Below, piece after piece: positions 40,203-50,611 of a DNA stretch of 64,000 nt (the stretch's first letter is position 1; each line of letters opens with the position of its first letter). The DNA lies in NCBI GenBank assembly GCA_965223425.1, contig OZ245003.1:736001-800000 (forward strand), given 5' to 3'. Source of the stretch: Nitrosopumilus sp. GTDB lineage: Archaea > Thermoproteota > Nitrososphaeria > Nitrososphaerales > Nitrosopumilaceae. The position numbers and the translations under genes are program-made. A model generated the notes under the pieces. The model did not search any database. It was not told the origin of the DNA and saw nothing but the letters and a program-made list of their open reading frames with translations.

Positions 40203-41546
40203 ATGATCAAAAAAAAGAAGTTTCTCATTGTTGGTGGAGGCGGTCGCGAATGCGCGTTTGCGACCAGGCTTGCCGAAGATACGCAGCTGTATGCAGTCAT
40301 GCCGCACGAGAACACAATCATCGCAGATTGCACCAGACGATCAGGGGGGGCATACGTGGTAGGCGATGCAGACGACCCGCAAACGGTGGTAAACTTTGCA
40401 AAAAAACATGCCATTGACTATGCCTTTATCAATTCGGACAGGCCTCTGGCCAACGGAGTCGTCGATGCCCTTCTCGAAAACGACTTCAAAGCCATCGGGG
40501 GGACAAAAAATGCAACGCGAATTGAATGGGACAAGGTATACTCCATACAGATGATGCAAAAAGTATGTCCAGAGTTTACCCCCTTTTACAGAGCAGTCTC
40601 AAATGTAGGAGAGATAAACAACGCACTCTCTGAGTTTGAATCAAGGGGACTTGATGCGGTGGTAAAACCGCAGGGGCTTACGGGCGGCAAGGGTGTCAAG
40701 GTTATGCCAGAACACCTATCGACATACAAGGACTGCGCCGATTACGCCTCCTTTCTTATTGCCAAAAACCCCGGCGAGAAGGTTCTGCTGGTGGAAAAAC
40801 TAGAGGGGATAGAATTTACTGTCATGGGAATAACTGACGGTGAGAGACTGGTGGCATCTCCTGCAAGCTATGACTATCCGTTTAGATGTGAAGATGACCG
40901 TGGGGCTGGAACCGGCGGCATGGGCTGCTTTACTGACTCGGAGAAAAAACTCCCATTTATGAACGACGAGGATCTGGATGACTGCAGGTTCATAATGCAG
41001 AGAATAATCGACGAGATGAGATCAGAGGACCTGTTTTTTAACGGCGTCCTCAACGGGGGATTCTTCAAAACACGCGACGGCATAAAGTTCATGGAGTTCA
41101 ACGGACGCTTTGGCGACCCGGAGGGATTAAACATTCTCAGCGTTCTTGAAGGGTCCTTCTCCGGACTGTTGATGCGCCTCTGGGACAAGACGCTGTCTGA
41201 GGACAACGTGTCCTTTCTCAAAAAGGCAAGCGTTGTGAAATATATGGTGGCAAAAGAGTATCCGGATGAAAGCGACGATGCAACCTCCTTTGCAATGGAT
41301 GAAAAAGACATAGAGGAGCTCGGCGTAACAATATTCCTTGCATCATGCATAAGGACGGGGGAACACCAATATACAACGCTCAAAAAGTCGCGGGTCGTGG
41401 CATTTTGCGCAGTTGCAGACAGCATAGAGGCAGCATCGTCTGTCATAGACACGGCAATCGATGCCCATTTCCACGGGGAACTGGAGTACCGACGCGATAT
41501 CGGATCCCCCAAGAGCTTGGAAAAATTGCAAAACGCACTGAGTTAA
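40203..41546 (+). CDS. purD: Phosphoribosylamine-glycine ligase
   Basis: 'GGGGRECA', 'VVKPQGLTGGKGV', 'TGGMG' and 'EFNGRFGDPE'. Confidence 0.9.
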   Translation: MIKKKKFLIVGGGGRECAFATRLAEDTQLYAVMPHENTIIADCTRRSGGAYVVGDADDPQTVVNFAKKHAIDYAFINSDRPLANGVVDALLENDFKAIGGTKNATRIEWDKVYSIQMMQKVCPEFTPFYRAVSNVGEINNALSEFESRGLDAVVKPQGLTGGKGVKVMPEHLSTYKDCADYASFLIAKNPGEKVLLVEKLEGIEFTVMGITDGERLVASPASYDYPFRCEDDRGAGTGGMGCFTDSEKKLPFMNDEDLDDCRFIMQRIIDEMRSEDLFFNGVLNGGFFKTRDGIKFMEFNGRFGDPEGLNILSVLEGSFSGLLMRLWDKTLSEDNVSFLKKASVVKYMVAKEYPDESDDATSFAMDEKDIEELGVTIFLASCIRTGEHQYTTLKKSRVVAFCAVADSIEAASSVIDTAIDAHFHGELEYRRDIGSPKSLEKLQNALS

Positions 41547-41721
41547 ATCCCTTATTTCAAAAAAAAAAACAGGCCAGAAATCAAACCAATGTATCCTGTA
41601 GATGTATCGCACTAGCGGCAACCTGATGCATAATCGATCAAGCTGATACCTCTGGATGATTCTACCATGTAAACACAGTTTGCTTTTGAATCTTCACTGA
41701 TTACGCCTAATCCGCACTGAA

Positions 41722-42051
41722 TTAGTTGGAGCTAGAGTCTAATGTAACTTCGACTGTCACTCTCTTCTCTTTTGCCCGTTCTTCTCCTGGATACTTTAAC
41801 TCAGAAATTTTTTTACTCAATTCATCATCTGTCACAACTTTTGCTTTTCCTGATAAGACCAAATCATTATGTTTTATTTTCACTTCTGGATTTGTTACAA
41901 CATTTTTGAACCAGTCGCCGTCTGGCCTGTGTCTTGAAAAATAGATTTTCCCATCATAATTTACTGCACGAAGCATGACAGAGTGCCGTTTTCCGGTCTT
42001 TCTTCCCTTTGTAGTGAGAATTGGACAAAATAATTTCTCCTTTATTTCCAT
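41722..42051 (-). CDS. Deazaflavin-dependent nitroreductase-like (split barrel) protein
   Basis: 'LTTKGRKTGK..DWFKNV..NP'. Confidence 0.8.
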   Translation of the reverse strand: MEIKEKLFCPILTTKGRKTGKRHSVMLRAVNYDGKIYFSRHRPDGDWFKNVVTNPEVKIKHNDLVLSGKAKVVTDDELSKKISELKYPGEERAKEKRVTVEVTLDSSSN

Positions 42052-42141
42052 GCGTGATTTTTTCCTGTCAAGTAATTTAACCTCATTGCTAGAAATTTCT
42101 GATATTTGGTATGATAAGCAAATCCGAACATTTGAAGATAC

Positions 42142-42594
42142 ATGTCCGTAAAACTAGAAGGAATGCCTACGCACCTGGCTACTGCAGACACATTTACTGG
42201 AAAAAAAGTCATAGATAGAGAAGGAATAGAGTATGGTAAAGTCAAACACATACACATCAATCAAGATACCCTCACTGTATCTGGTGTTACAATCCATCAT
42301 GGATTCAACAAAGACTATTTTCTTTCAGAAGACTACATAGACAAGTTTTCTAAAGAAACACTGCTTCTTAGTCGACCCCCTGTTAGAACTGGAGTTCCAG
42401 TAGTGGATATTGATCGCCATAAAATTGGTAAAGTAAAACGACTACACAGACATCCTGATACCAATGAATTGGAGTCAATCGAAGTCACTGCCGGTCTTAG
42501 GCATTCTAAGATCCTCTCTAAATCCGAAATTTGGGGAATAGGAGAAAAAGTCATTTTACGAATGACCAAAGAAGAATTCAAGAATATTGAATAA
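42142..42594 (+). CDS. Tandem PRC-barrel protein
   Basis: 'GKKVIDREG..GKV' motif twice. Confidence 0.85.
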   Translation: MSVKLEGMPTHLATADTFTGKKVIDREGIEYGKVKHIHINQDTLTVSGVTIHHGFNKDYFLSEDYIDKFSKETLLLSRPPVRTGVPVVDIDRHKIGKVKRLHRHPDTNELESIEVTAGLRHSKILSKSEIWGIGEKVILRMTKEEFKNIE

Positions 42595-42633
42595 TTTCTT
42601 TCAGACTTCTTTTTTCAAAATAACATTTTTTGG

Positions 42634-42732
42634 TTAACCTGTTTTTTTAGTACATGTCGTACAAACAGGAATTCCTTCCCGGACTGTTATTTCTACGTTT
42701 GATGAGTGACATTTCTGGCAAAGCCCTTTCAT
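42634..42732 (-). CDS. Small CxxC-CxxC zinc-ribbon protein
   Basis: MKGLCQKC..VCTTCTKKTG. Confidence 0.55.
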   Translation of the reverse strand: MKGLCQKCHSSNVEITVREGIPVCTTCTKKTG

Positions 42733-42802
42733 AAAGTAAATTCTCAAATCACTCTTTAAATTTTTTATGAGTGTGGCCAAATCAATACTTAGCAATTTAT
42801 AA

Positions 42803-43819
42803 TTGACAAGTGCGATCAATGTGTTGTATTCGATAGAAACAAAGTCTCTCACAAAATCTTTTGGTGATGTAGTTGCAGTTGACGATATTTCTTTTTCAGT
42901 TCAAAAAGGTGAGATCTTTGGATTTTTGGGACCTAACGGTGCTGGAAAAAGTACCACAATGATGATCCTTACAACATTGCTAAAACCAACATCCGGTCAA
43001 GCCTTGATCTCCGAATTTGATGTAGCGACAAATGCAAAACAAGTCCGAGAAAATATTGGATATGTGCAGCAAGAGACAACTGTTGATGAATATCTAACTG
43101 GACGGGAAAATCTTTTGCTACAAGCAAAACTCAATCACATCCCAAAGGACGAAATGAGCAAGAGAATTGATGAAGTTTTGGATCTAATTGAGCTTGGTGA
43201 CAAGCAAGATGAGCCTGTAGTTACATACTCTGGTGGCATGAGAAAACGCCTGGATATTGCCTGTGGTTTCTTACATCGACCAAAAGTGTTGTTTCTTGAC
43301 GAGCCTACTGTAGGCTTGGATATTCAAACTCGTAGAAAAATTTGGGAATATATCAAAAAAATTCATGATGCGTTTGAGATGACCATATTCCTCACAACTC
43401 ACTATATGGAGGAGGCAGATCAACTCTGTGACCGAATTGGGATAATTGACGGTGGAAAAATTCAGGTGATTGACTCTCCAGAGAATATGAAAAATGCAAT
43501 GGGCAACGAAGTCATTTCACTAGTTTTTGAAGGCAAAAACCGTGACTCTTTCTTATCTGAGCTTCAAAAAATTGAATTTGTAAACAAAATTAATGAAGAT
43601 GGCTCTAAACTTACTTTGTTTGCATCAAACGGAACCGAAGTTATTCCAAAAGTTTTTCAAATCTCATCTGAACTGGATACCAAAATCACTTCTATCTCTC
43701 TTACACAGCCAACACTTGATGACGTGTTCATATCGTACACCGGACATGAAATTAGAGACGATGATTCTGGTTTTAATCGAAAACGTGAACATGCAAAGAT
43801 GACGAGGTTACGTGCATGA
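42803..43819 (+). CDS. ABC-2 exporter ATPase (DrrA-like)
   Basis: 'GPNGAGKS', 'YSGGM' and 'LDEP'. Confidence 0.95.
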   Translation: MTSAINVLYSIETKSLTKSFGDVVAVDDISFSVQKGEIFGFLGPNGAGKSTTMMILTTLLKPTSGQALISEFDVATNAKQVRENIGYVQQETTVDEYLTGRENLLLQAKLNHIPKDEMSKRIDEVLDLIELGDKQDEPVVTYSGGMRKRLDIACGFLHRPKVLFLDEPTVGLDIQTRRKIWEYIKKIHDAFEMTIFLTTHYMEEADQLCDRIGIIDGGKIQVIDSPENMKNAMGNEVISLVFEGKNRDSFLSELQKIEFVNKINEDGSKLTLFASNGTEVIPKVFQISSELDTKITSISLTQPTLDDVFISYTGHEIRDDDSGFNRKREHAKMTRLRA

Positions 43820-44601
43820 ATCCTCTGATGTATGATACCTATACAATTTTTTGGAGGGAACTAAAGCGATACAAAAAATCACGAAGTGGGGTTCTAATTA
43901 GGCTGATTCAACCTGCAATTTGGATCATAGTAATTGGAAATACTTTTTCAGGAACTCAGCCATTAATCCAGTCCGTTGGATTTGAAGGAGAATACATCGA
44001 GTTTATGGCACCTGGCGTCATTATTCTTACTGCAATTTTTACTAGCATTTTTGGTGGCGTCAATACGTTATGGGATAGACGATATGGTTTTATGAACAAG
44101 GCATTGACTTCTCCAATTTCCCGTTCTGCAATCGCTCTGGGAAAAATGTCTGCAATTTCCTTGATTGCAGCTCTGCAGGCTAGCTTGATTTTAGGAATTG
44201 CTTTGGCAATTGGCGTTACTTTTCCAAACCCAATTATGATTGCACCAATTATGGCAATTGTTATCTTGTTTTCATTGGGATTCTCCGGGATTTCTGTACT
44301 GGTTGCAGCAACTGCAAAGTCCCAAGAAACCTTTTGGGGCATGATCAATTTTCTTGGAATGCCGTTGTTTATGCTAAGCCCTGCATTATTCCCATTGGAG
44401 TTACTACCTGGTTGGTTGGCCGCAATAGCAAAGCTGAATCCGGTTACTTACACAGTTTTGCTGGTAAGGGAGATGATGACTGGGATCTCTGAAGGTGGGG
44501 TTCCAATACTGCTCAGCCTTGGAATCATCTTTGCATTTGTGCTTGTAATGGTTGGCCTGACAAGCTATGTGTTTACGCGTGAAGTAAACAAGCCATTTTG
44601 A
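43816..44601 (+). CDS. ABC-2 permease
   Basis: TM pattern and 'NPVTY'. Confidence 0.92.
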   Translation: MNPLMYDTYTIFWRELKRYKKSRSGVLIRLIQPAIWIIVIGNTFSGTQPLIQSVGFEGEYIEFMAPGVIILTAIFTSIFGGVNTLWDRRYGFMNKALTSPISRSAIALGKMSAISLIAALQASLILGIALAIGVTFPNPIMIAPIMAIVILFSLGFSGISVLVAATAKSQETFWGMINFLGMPLFMLSPALFPLELLPGWLAAIAKLNPVTYTVLLVREMMTGISEGGVPILLSLGIIFAFVLVMVGLTSYVFTREVNKPF

Positions 44602-44672
44602 CAGAAAATTGACAAAAATTGTAACATTTGCAAACTCTTGTTATGTTTCTCTAATTTTATCACCATAATCTG

Positions 44673-46247
44673 TTGAAATTAATCCTTGGAATAATGGCAT
44701 TTTCCGTACTGCTGCTAGCTAGCCCGTTTTCTCAAAGTTCACTTGGATTGGGAGGCTATGATCTTATCTCTGAATGGGGCTCATTTGGAATAGTGGAACC
44801 CGGCCATTTTTCACATCCACAATTTATTGCAGTGGGAGGTGATGGTAGCATCTATGTCGGTGATTTTGGAAACAAACGCGTCCAAAAATTCTCAAGCAAT
44901 GGTGAATACATTACTGAATGGGGTAAAAGCGGAAAACAGTCCGGAGAATTTCATTATCCCTCAGGGATTGCGATACATGGCGATTCTGTTTTTGTTGCAG
45001 ACCGTGACCTAAATAGAATTCAAAAGTTTTCAACTGATGGAGAATTTGTTACCGAATGGGGTGAAAAAGGAACCCATGAAGGCCAATTTCGATTTCCAAA
45101 TGGAATTGCCGTAAATAATGGAACTGTGTATGTTGTTGATACTGGCAATTACCGAATTCAAGCGTTTTCAACTGATGGAGAATTTATTTCATCATTTGGT
45201 TCTAGCGGACTAGGGGAAGGACAGTTACTAACTGCTATTGGAATTGATATTGATTCGGATGGAACTGTCTATGTTGCTGATAGAGGCAATGGCAAAATTG
45301 AAAAGTTTACTGCTAACGGTGAGTTTATCGAGTCGTTAAAATTTGATTCACACGATTACACCTTTTCCCCTGAAGCAATAGCAATTGATCCTAATGGTGA
45401 AATGTTTGTTGTTAATGCCGGAAATAATAGAATTTTACACTTGTCTCAGGATTCTAATTTGTTTCTAAATTACATTGAACGATTGGGACCCTATCCTGAT
45501 TCGTTTGATGTTATCACTGACCTGACAATTGGACCTAATGGCGAACTGTTTGTTGTGGATTCTCTAAAACATAAAATCCAATCTTTTAAAACACCGTTTT
45601 ACGTAGAACCTGAAATTGTTGCCTTTGTAGAGGTTCCTGTAGTCGAAGATCCCCCAGAAGATCAAACAAAGCCTGAAATCATTGCACCAATTTCATTGGA
45701 AGTTGAGGCCGAAGATATGCTAACTACTGTGTCTTATGGTAAGGCAACTGCAACTGATGCCAGTGGCATCAAAGAAATCATCAATAATGCCCCTGAAGCA
45801 TTTCCTCCTGGTATCACAAACATAATTTGGATTGCATTTGATAACGCAGGACATTCTTCTAACGTATACCAGACAATTAATGTAAAGACATGCGGTAAGG
45901 CATACTCTGATTATAATCTCATTGAAGGAACTCAAGGATATGATGTAATTAATGGTACGGATGGTGATGATCTAATCTTTGGATTGGCAGGAAATGATCT
46001 TATTTTTGGCGGTTTGGGAAATGACTGCATCTTTGGCGGTTTTGGCAATGATACCATCTTTGGCGGCCCTGGCAATGATGTCATCTTTGGCAATGATGGA
46101 AATGACACAATAAACGGAGGCTTTGGAATTGATCTACTTTATGCAGGTCCTGGATCTGATGAACTAGATGGCAACTATGATCATGATCGATGCTATACTT
46201 CAGATGCCAACGGCGATCTGCTGTTAAACTGTGAAGAAAAATTCTAA
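44673..46247 (+). CDS. Secreted NHL-repeat protein with HYR-like domain and RTX Ca-binding repeats
   Basis: 'F.P.GIA..YV.D..N.RIQ' repeats and GGxGxD repeats. Confidence 0.9.
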   Translation: MKLILGIMAFSVLLLASPFSQSSLGLGGYDLISEWGSFGIVEPGHFSHPQFIAVGGDGSIYVGDFGNKRVQKFSSNGEYITEWGKSGKQSGEFHYPSGIAIHGDSVFVADRDLNRIQKFSTDGEFVTEWGEKGTHEGQFRFPNGIAVNNGTVYVVDTGNYRIQAFSTDGEFISSFGSSGLGEGQLLTAIGIDIDSDGTVYVADRGNGKIEKFTANGEFIESLKFDSHDYTFSPEAIAIDPNGEMFVVNAGNNRILHLSQDSNLFLNYIERLGPYPDSFDVITDLTIGPNGELFVVDSLKHKIQSFKTPFYVEPEIVAFVEVPVVEDPPEDQTKPEIIAPISLEVEAEDMLTTVSYGKATATDASGIKEIINNAPEAFPPGITNIIWIAFDNAGHSSNVYQTINVKTCGKAYSDYNLIEGTQGYDVINGTDGDDLIFGLAGNDLIFGGLGNDCIFGGFGNDTIFGGPGNDVIFGNDGNDTINGGFGIDLLYAGPGSDELDGNYDHDRCYTSDANGDLLLNCEEKF

Positions 46248-46273
46248 TCTATATAGTTGACCATACTATATGT

Positions 46274-47857
46274 TTGCTAACTGTAAATAAATTTCAAAAT
46301 AACGTATCCCTAATGAGAACAAAAATAACATCACTGCTGATGATTGCAACCTTGGTTGCTATCGCACCGCCATTAAACGCAAATGCTGAATCAATGCCCG
46401 AAACACCTCAAGCAAATTTAGACTATAACCTAGTTGGAGCTGGTGCAACGTTTCCATTCCCATTAATTGATTTGTGGAGAGTTGAATACAACAAAATTTA
46501 CGACAACGTAAATCTGAACTACCAATCAATTGGAAGTGGCGGTGGAATTAAGCAACACATTGAAAGAACCGTAAATTTTGCAGCCTCAGATAAACCAATG
46601 AGTGAAGCCGAAATAGAGCTAGCTTCTGGAACACTACACATTCCTGAATCAGTTGGAGGTGTAGTTTTAGTGTACAACGTTCCTGAAGTTCCAAACAAGG
46701 GTCTTAAGCTAACTGCTGATGTCGTAGCTGGAATCTTTTTGGGAGATATTACAAAATGGAACGATCCTGCCATAGTTGCAGAAAACCCAAGATTGAACCT
46801 GCCTGACAAAGACATAGTTACTGCACACAGATCAGACGGCTCTGGAACCACTTTCATATTCACAGATTATCTATCTGTAGTCAGCCCTACGTGGGATGAA
46901 CAGATAGGTAAAGGAAAATCTATTCCATGGCCTTCTGGTCTTGCTGCTGCAGGAAATGAAGGTGTTGCCGGCATCGTAAAGTCTACTGAATATGCAATTG
47001 GATACATTGAACTTGCTTATGCATTCCAAACAGGAATGAGTTATGCATATATTCAAAACGCTGAAAAATCTGCATTCATTGAACCATCATTGGACAGCAT
47101 TTCTGCTGCATCTAGTGGTGTTGCTGACACTTTACCTGCAGCTGAAGACAGCTGGGTTGGAGTGTCACTAGTCAATGCACCAGGTTCTGATTCCTACCCA
47201 ATTGCTAGTTTCACATACCTACTTGTGTATGATGATCTAAAACCGGTAACAAAAAGCAAAGAACAAGCAAAAGCCATAATCCATCTAATTAATTGGATGA
47301 TTACTGATGGTCAGGAATTCTCACCAAGTTTGCTATATGTCCCACTTGCCGATAAGGTAACAAAACTTGGACAAGCAGGATTAAAACAAGTAACATATGG
47401 CGGTGAAGTTCTTTGGGGTGCAAAAGCATCTGCAGATTCAGGAAATATGCCAGAGATGACACAGCAAACTGTAAATGAAGAAAACGGAGGTTGCCTAATT
47501 GCAACTGCAACATATGGTTCTGAAATGGCGCCACAAGTTCAGTTGTTAAGAGAAATTCGTGATAACCAGCTAATGAATACCGCATTTGGCATGTCATTTA
47601 TGGCCGGATTCAATCAGTTGTACTATTCATTCTCGCCACACATTGCTGACATGGAAAGAGAAAGTCCAGCGTTCAAGGAAATGGTAAAGATCGGAATAAC
47701 CCCGTTGCTATCATCCTTGTCCATCATGGAATATGCCGAGTCAGACTCTGAAGTGCTAGGATATGGCATCGGTGCAATTCTGATGAATCTTGGAATGTAC
47801 TTTGCAGCACCGGCTATGTTGTTTTACAGAATAGCAAAGAGAATAAGGCATTCTTGA
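46274..47857 (+). CDS. pstS: Phosphate-binding protein with CFI-box-type C-terminus
   Basis: 'GAGATFP', 'GSGGG' and 'HRSDGSGTT'; 'GGCLIATATYGS'. Confidence 0.95.
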   Translation: MLTVNKFQNNVSLMRTKITSLLMIATLVAIAPPLNANAESMPETPQANLDYNLVGAGATFPFPLIDLWRVEYNKIYDNVNLNYQSIGSGGGIKQHIERTVNFAASDKPMSEAEIELASGTLHIPESVGGVVLVYNVPEVPNKGLKLTADVVAGIFLGDITKWNDPAIVAENPRLNLPDKDIVTAHRSDGSGTTFIFTDYLSVVSPTWDEQIGKGKSIPWPSGLAAAGNEGVAGIVKSTEYAIGYIELAYAFQTGMSYAYIQNAEKSAFIEPSLDSISAASSGVADTLPAAEDSWVGVSLVNAPGSDSYPIASFTYLLVYDDLKPVTKSKEQAKAIIHLINWMITDGQEFSPSLLYVPLADKVTKLGQAGLKQVTYGGEVLWGAKASADSGNMPEMTQQTVNEENGGCLIATATYGSEMAPQVQLLREIRDNQLMNTAFGMSFMAGFNQLYYSFSPHIADMERESPAFKEMVKIGITPLLSSLSIMEYAESDSEVLGYGIGAILMNLGMYFAAPAMLFYRIAKRIRHS

Positions 47858-47886
47858 TCTACGCCATTTTTTATTTATTTTTGAGA

Positions 47887-49134
47887 TCAACTAGTGGTTC
47901 TGATCAAATCTCGGTTCTGTGAAGTTATCGGGAGTTGACCCCTATAACTCGACTTTGACATATCGACTATTCGGACTACCAATGGTGTGCTGGGTTCCGT
48001 CATCGCCGGCTCAAAAGTGCCGGACTGCGCTTCACATATGTCATCTCTACTACCCCTAAACCTGGGGGGCAGCTTGCGTGATATGTTGTTCATGGCAGCG
48101 ACAATATCCCTGTCCATAAACAAACCGCAATTATTACACGACAGTTTACGATGTTGTTGTTGCATGTCCTCTTGGAGTCTCTTTCCGCATTGCGGACACT
48201 GCGTGCTCGTGTTTCTTGGGTCTACTGTCTCGACTGGAGGTAGCCCGACCCATTGGGCTTTGTATTCTATTTGGCGTTGCAGCTCGTAGAATTGCCACCC
48301 GTTCAATCTGCGCCTGTACTTGTTGCCTTGACTGTTTCCTTTTCGGTACAATTTTCTTATTCCTTTCAGGTTTTCCATGACGATTGCAGTCTTGTTTTTG
48401 ACTGCGTTGTCTACTATATCCTTTGAGATTCTGTGGATGTACTGCCTTGCTCTGTCAGTCAGTCTTCTCTGTCTTTCCTTGTAGAACTGATTTTTCTTCC
48501 TGCGGTCATTTCTGTGGAAGCCTGCCCTGGCGTGTATTGTGTTCTCCTTTATGGATAACAGCTTGTTTGTCTTGTAGACTGTCACCCCTTCCTCGTTCCC
48601 ACACGTCACATTTCTTAGGTTTCTGTCTATTCCGACTTTCTTGGTGCACTCTATCTCTTGTACTTTTTTTGAAACACAAAGACTGATGTTGAGGGCAGTC
48701 AGTGAAAACGAGCGCACCGTCAGGGCGGGATCAGACAGGATTTTTTGGGTGTGATCGTTGAGTAAAATGTTGATTGGGTTATGTTTCTTGTATGGGATTG
48801 TTAGTAGTGCACCGTTGTGTTTTATGCCGTAACAGTTTGTCATAAAGGGATTTTTGACTATTGGATCTCTTATTCTGACACCTCGTTTGACTGATTGTTT
48901 TCTGTTTGATAATATGCCTGCAGCTTTTGATATTGCACATATCTTGTATGTTGATAAAATGTCATAGTTACGCAATTCGTGATAACATAACATGGACAGC
49001 CTCTTCATATTGTGAGTGTCTTCTTTCAACCCTATCTTGATGCAATGATTGGCCATCTTTGTGAATGTAGCCGCCATATCCATTAGGTCAGAGTTCGGCG
49101 CATATTTCTGTGATATTGGCTTTATCGCCTTCAG
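47887..49134 (-). CDS. tnpB: TnpB RNA-guided nuclease (start uncertain)
   Basis: RuvC 'GIDRN', 'MENL' and 'DRD'; 'WQFYELQRQIEYKA'; CPQC/CNNC zinc finger. Confidence 0.92.
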   Translation of the reverse strand: MKAIKPISQKYAPNSDLMDMAATFTKMANHCIKIGLKEDTHNMKRLSMLCYHELRNYDILSTYKICAISKAAGILSNRKQSVKRGVRIRDPIVKNPFMTNCYGIKHNGALLTIPYKKHNPINILLNDHTQKILSDPALTVRSFSLTALNISLCVSKKVQEIECTKKVGIDRNLRNVTCGNEEGVTVYKTNKLLSIKENTIHARAGFHRNDRRKKNQFYKERQRRLTDRARQYIHRISKDIVDNAVKNKTAIVMENLKGIRKLYRKGNSQGNKYRRRLNGWQFYELQRQIEYKAQWVGLPPVETVDPRNTSTQCPQCGKRLQEDMQQQHRKLSCNNCGLFMDRDIVAAMNNISRKLPPRFRGSRDDICEAQSGTFEPAMTEPSTPLVVRIVDMSKSSYRGQLPITSQNRDLIRTTS

Positions 49135-49203
49135 CGAATATCTTGCGGTTTGGAGGCTTATACATTTTGGGAATTGACATATAACCCCCGATAACTTCAC
49201 AGA

Positions 49204-49396
49204 CGTTATACGAAATCTTTTCTGTATCCTGTGATGTATCGTTACTGTTGGGCCTGAGAGTTGAATGGTTACTGTCATGTACAAGGGCGTTTCACAGACT
49301 AACTCAAAGTGAGCGGAAAACAAAATACCACACAGATGATGGTGAATGGGAGCATTCCGCAGAATCAGGCAATTTGATCAGAAAGGAGGTGATAAT
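49204..49396 (+). ncRNA. Candidate bridge/seek RNA region
   Basis: Long leader containing TTCACAGA (target match) and ATGGGAG (donor match). Confidence 0.5.
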
Positions 49397-50471
49397 ATGA
49401 TCAGCATAGGAATTGACGTTCACAAAAACAGGTGCGTTGCAACAGTAAAAAAAGATACCAGAAAAAAGCTGGAACAGTCAAGCTTTGAGAACACCACACG
49501 TGGAATAACGGGTTTTATCAGACACGTCAAAAAGACATACGGCAAAGACATGCAAGCAGTGTGCGAATCAACTGCCAACTACTGGATTAGACTGCATGAC
49601 ACACTGGAGGATAACGGCATTGATACTGTTCTTGCACACCCTGCAAAGACCAAGATAATAGCACAGGCAAAACTCAAAAACGACAAGCTCGATTCAGACG
49701 TATTGGCAGACCTGCTAAGATCTGACATGGTGTACGAGTCATTTGTACCAGAAAAATACTATCGGGACCTGCGCAGTCTGGTAAGAACAAGACTGAATCG
49801 CGTACACAGTGTCTCAAAACACAAAAACATGATTTATGCAATACTTGCAAAATACGACTACACCCAACCGACAATAAAGACATTCTCACAGAAAGGAATC
49901 AGATGGCTGCATGAAATCAGTCTGACAGAAGTTGACAGGATGGCAATGGACGCATATCTTGAAAACATTGAGATGAATCAAAAACAGATTGACACATTTG
50001 AGACAAAGATTGCCGCAATTAGCAACGAGGATGAAAGGGCAAGACTAGTCATGACAATGCCTGGAATAAGCTATGTCACGGCACTGACAATAATATCCGA
50101 GATAGTTGACATTAACAGATTTGCAACAGCAGAGAAACTCGTCTCATATGCGGGACTTGCACCATCGCACAGGGACAGCGGAGAGACGCAAAAAGGAGGC
50201 GGCGGAATAACAAAACGTGGTTCTGCATGGCTGCGCAATGCAGGTGGAGGCTGCAAACACCACGATACGATTTGATCCAAGGATGGAATCATTTTATTCA
50301 AGAATCGCAAAGAGAAGAAGAAAACAAAAGGCAAGAATAGCAGCTGCAAGGCAGATGATGCTTGAGATAATCTGGCACATGCTAACAAACATGGAGGAAT
50401 ACCGCACACAGAATCACGAGTTGACGCAAAGAAAGTATAAGAAGATGCAAGACAAATCAGAAACATCCTGA
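49397..50471 (+). pseudogene. IS110 recombinase, frameshifted at ~50240
   Basis: 'IGIDVHK', 'CESTA', 'KNDKLD' and 'SYAGLAP..DSG'. Confidence 0.9.
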
Positions 50472-50611
50472 TTCAGCAAAGCACACTGAGAATGGCCCGC
50501 AGTAGGATAAGGGACGATTTCGTATGGGAGAACCCAAATCTCTATAGAACTATATTCTTCGCATAAAATATGATGATATCCTAGATAACTCCATTTTTAC
50601 GTTCAACAAAT

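Larger units (their letters stand above)
49204..50531 (+). mobile_element. IS110-family element
   Basis: Core AGA at both junctions; subterminal IR ATACGAAATC (49208) / GATTTCGTAT (50516). Confidence 0.88.
47913..50534 (-). mobile_element. TIR-bounded tnpB element containing a nested IS110
   Basis: TIR GGTTCTGTGAAGTTATCGGG; the other TIR is split as 49187-49203 plus 50532-50534; TSD CAAATCTC at 47905-47912 and 50535-50542. Confidence 0.9.

Noticed and set aside
49135-49323. N-terminal extension of TnpB in the ORF track
   Set aside because: It crosses the TIR into IS110 sequence, so it is a chance open frame.
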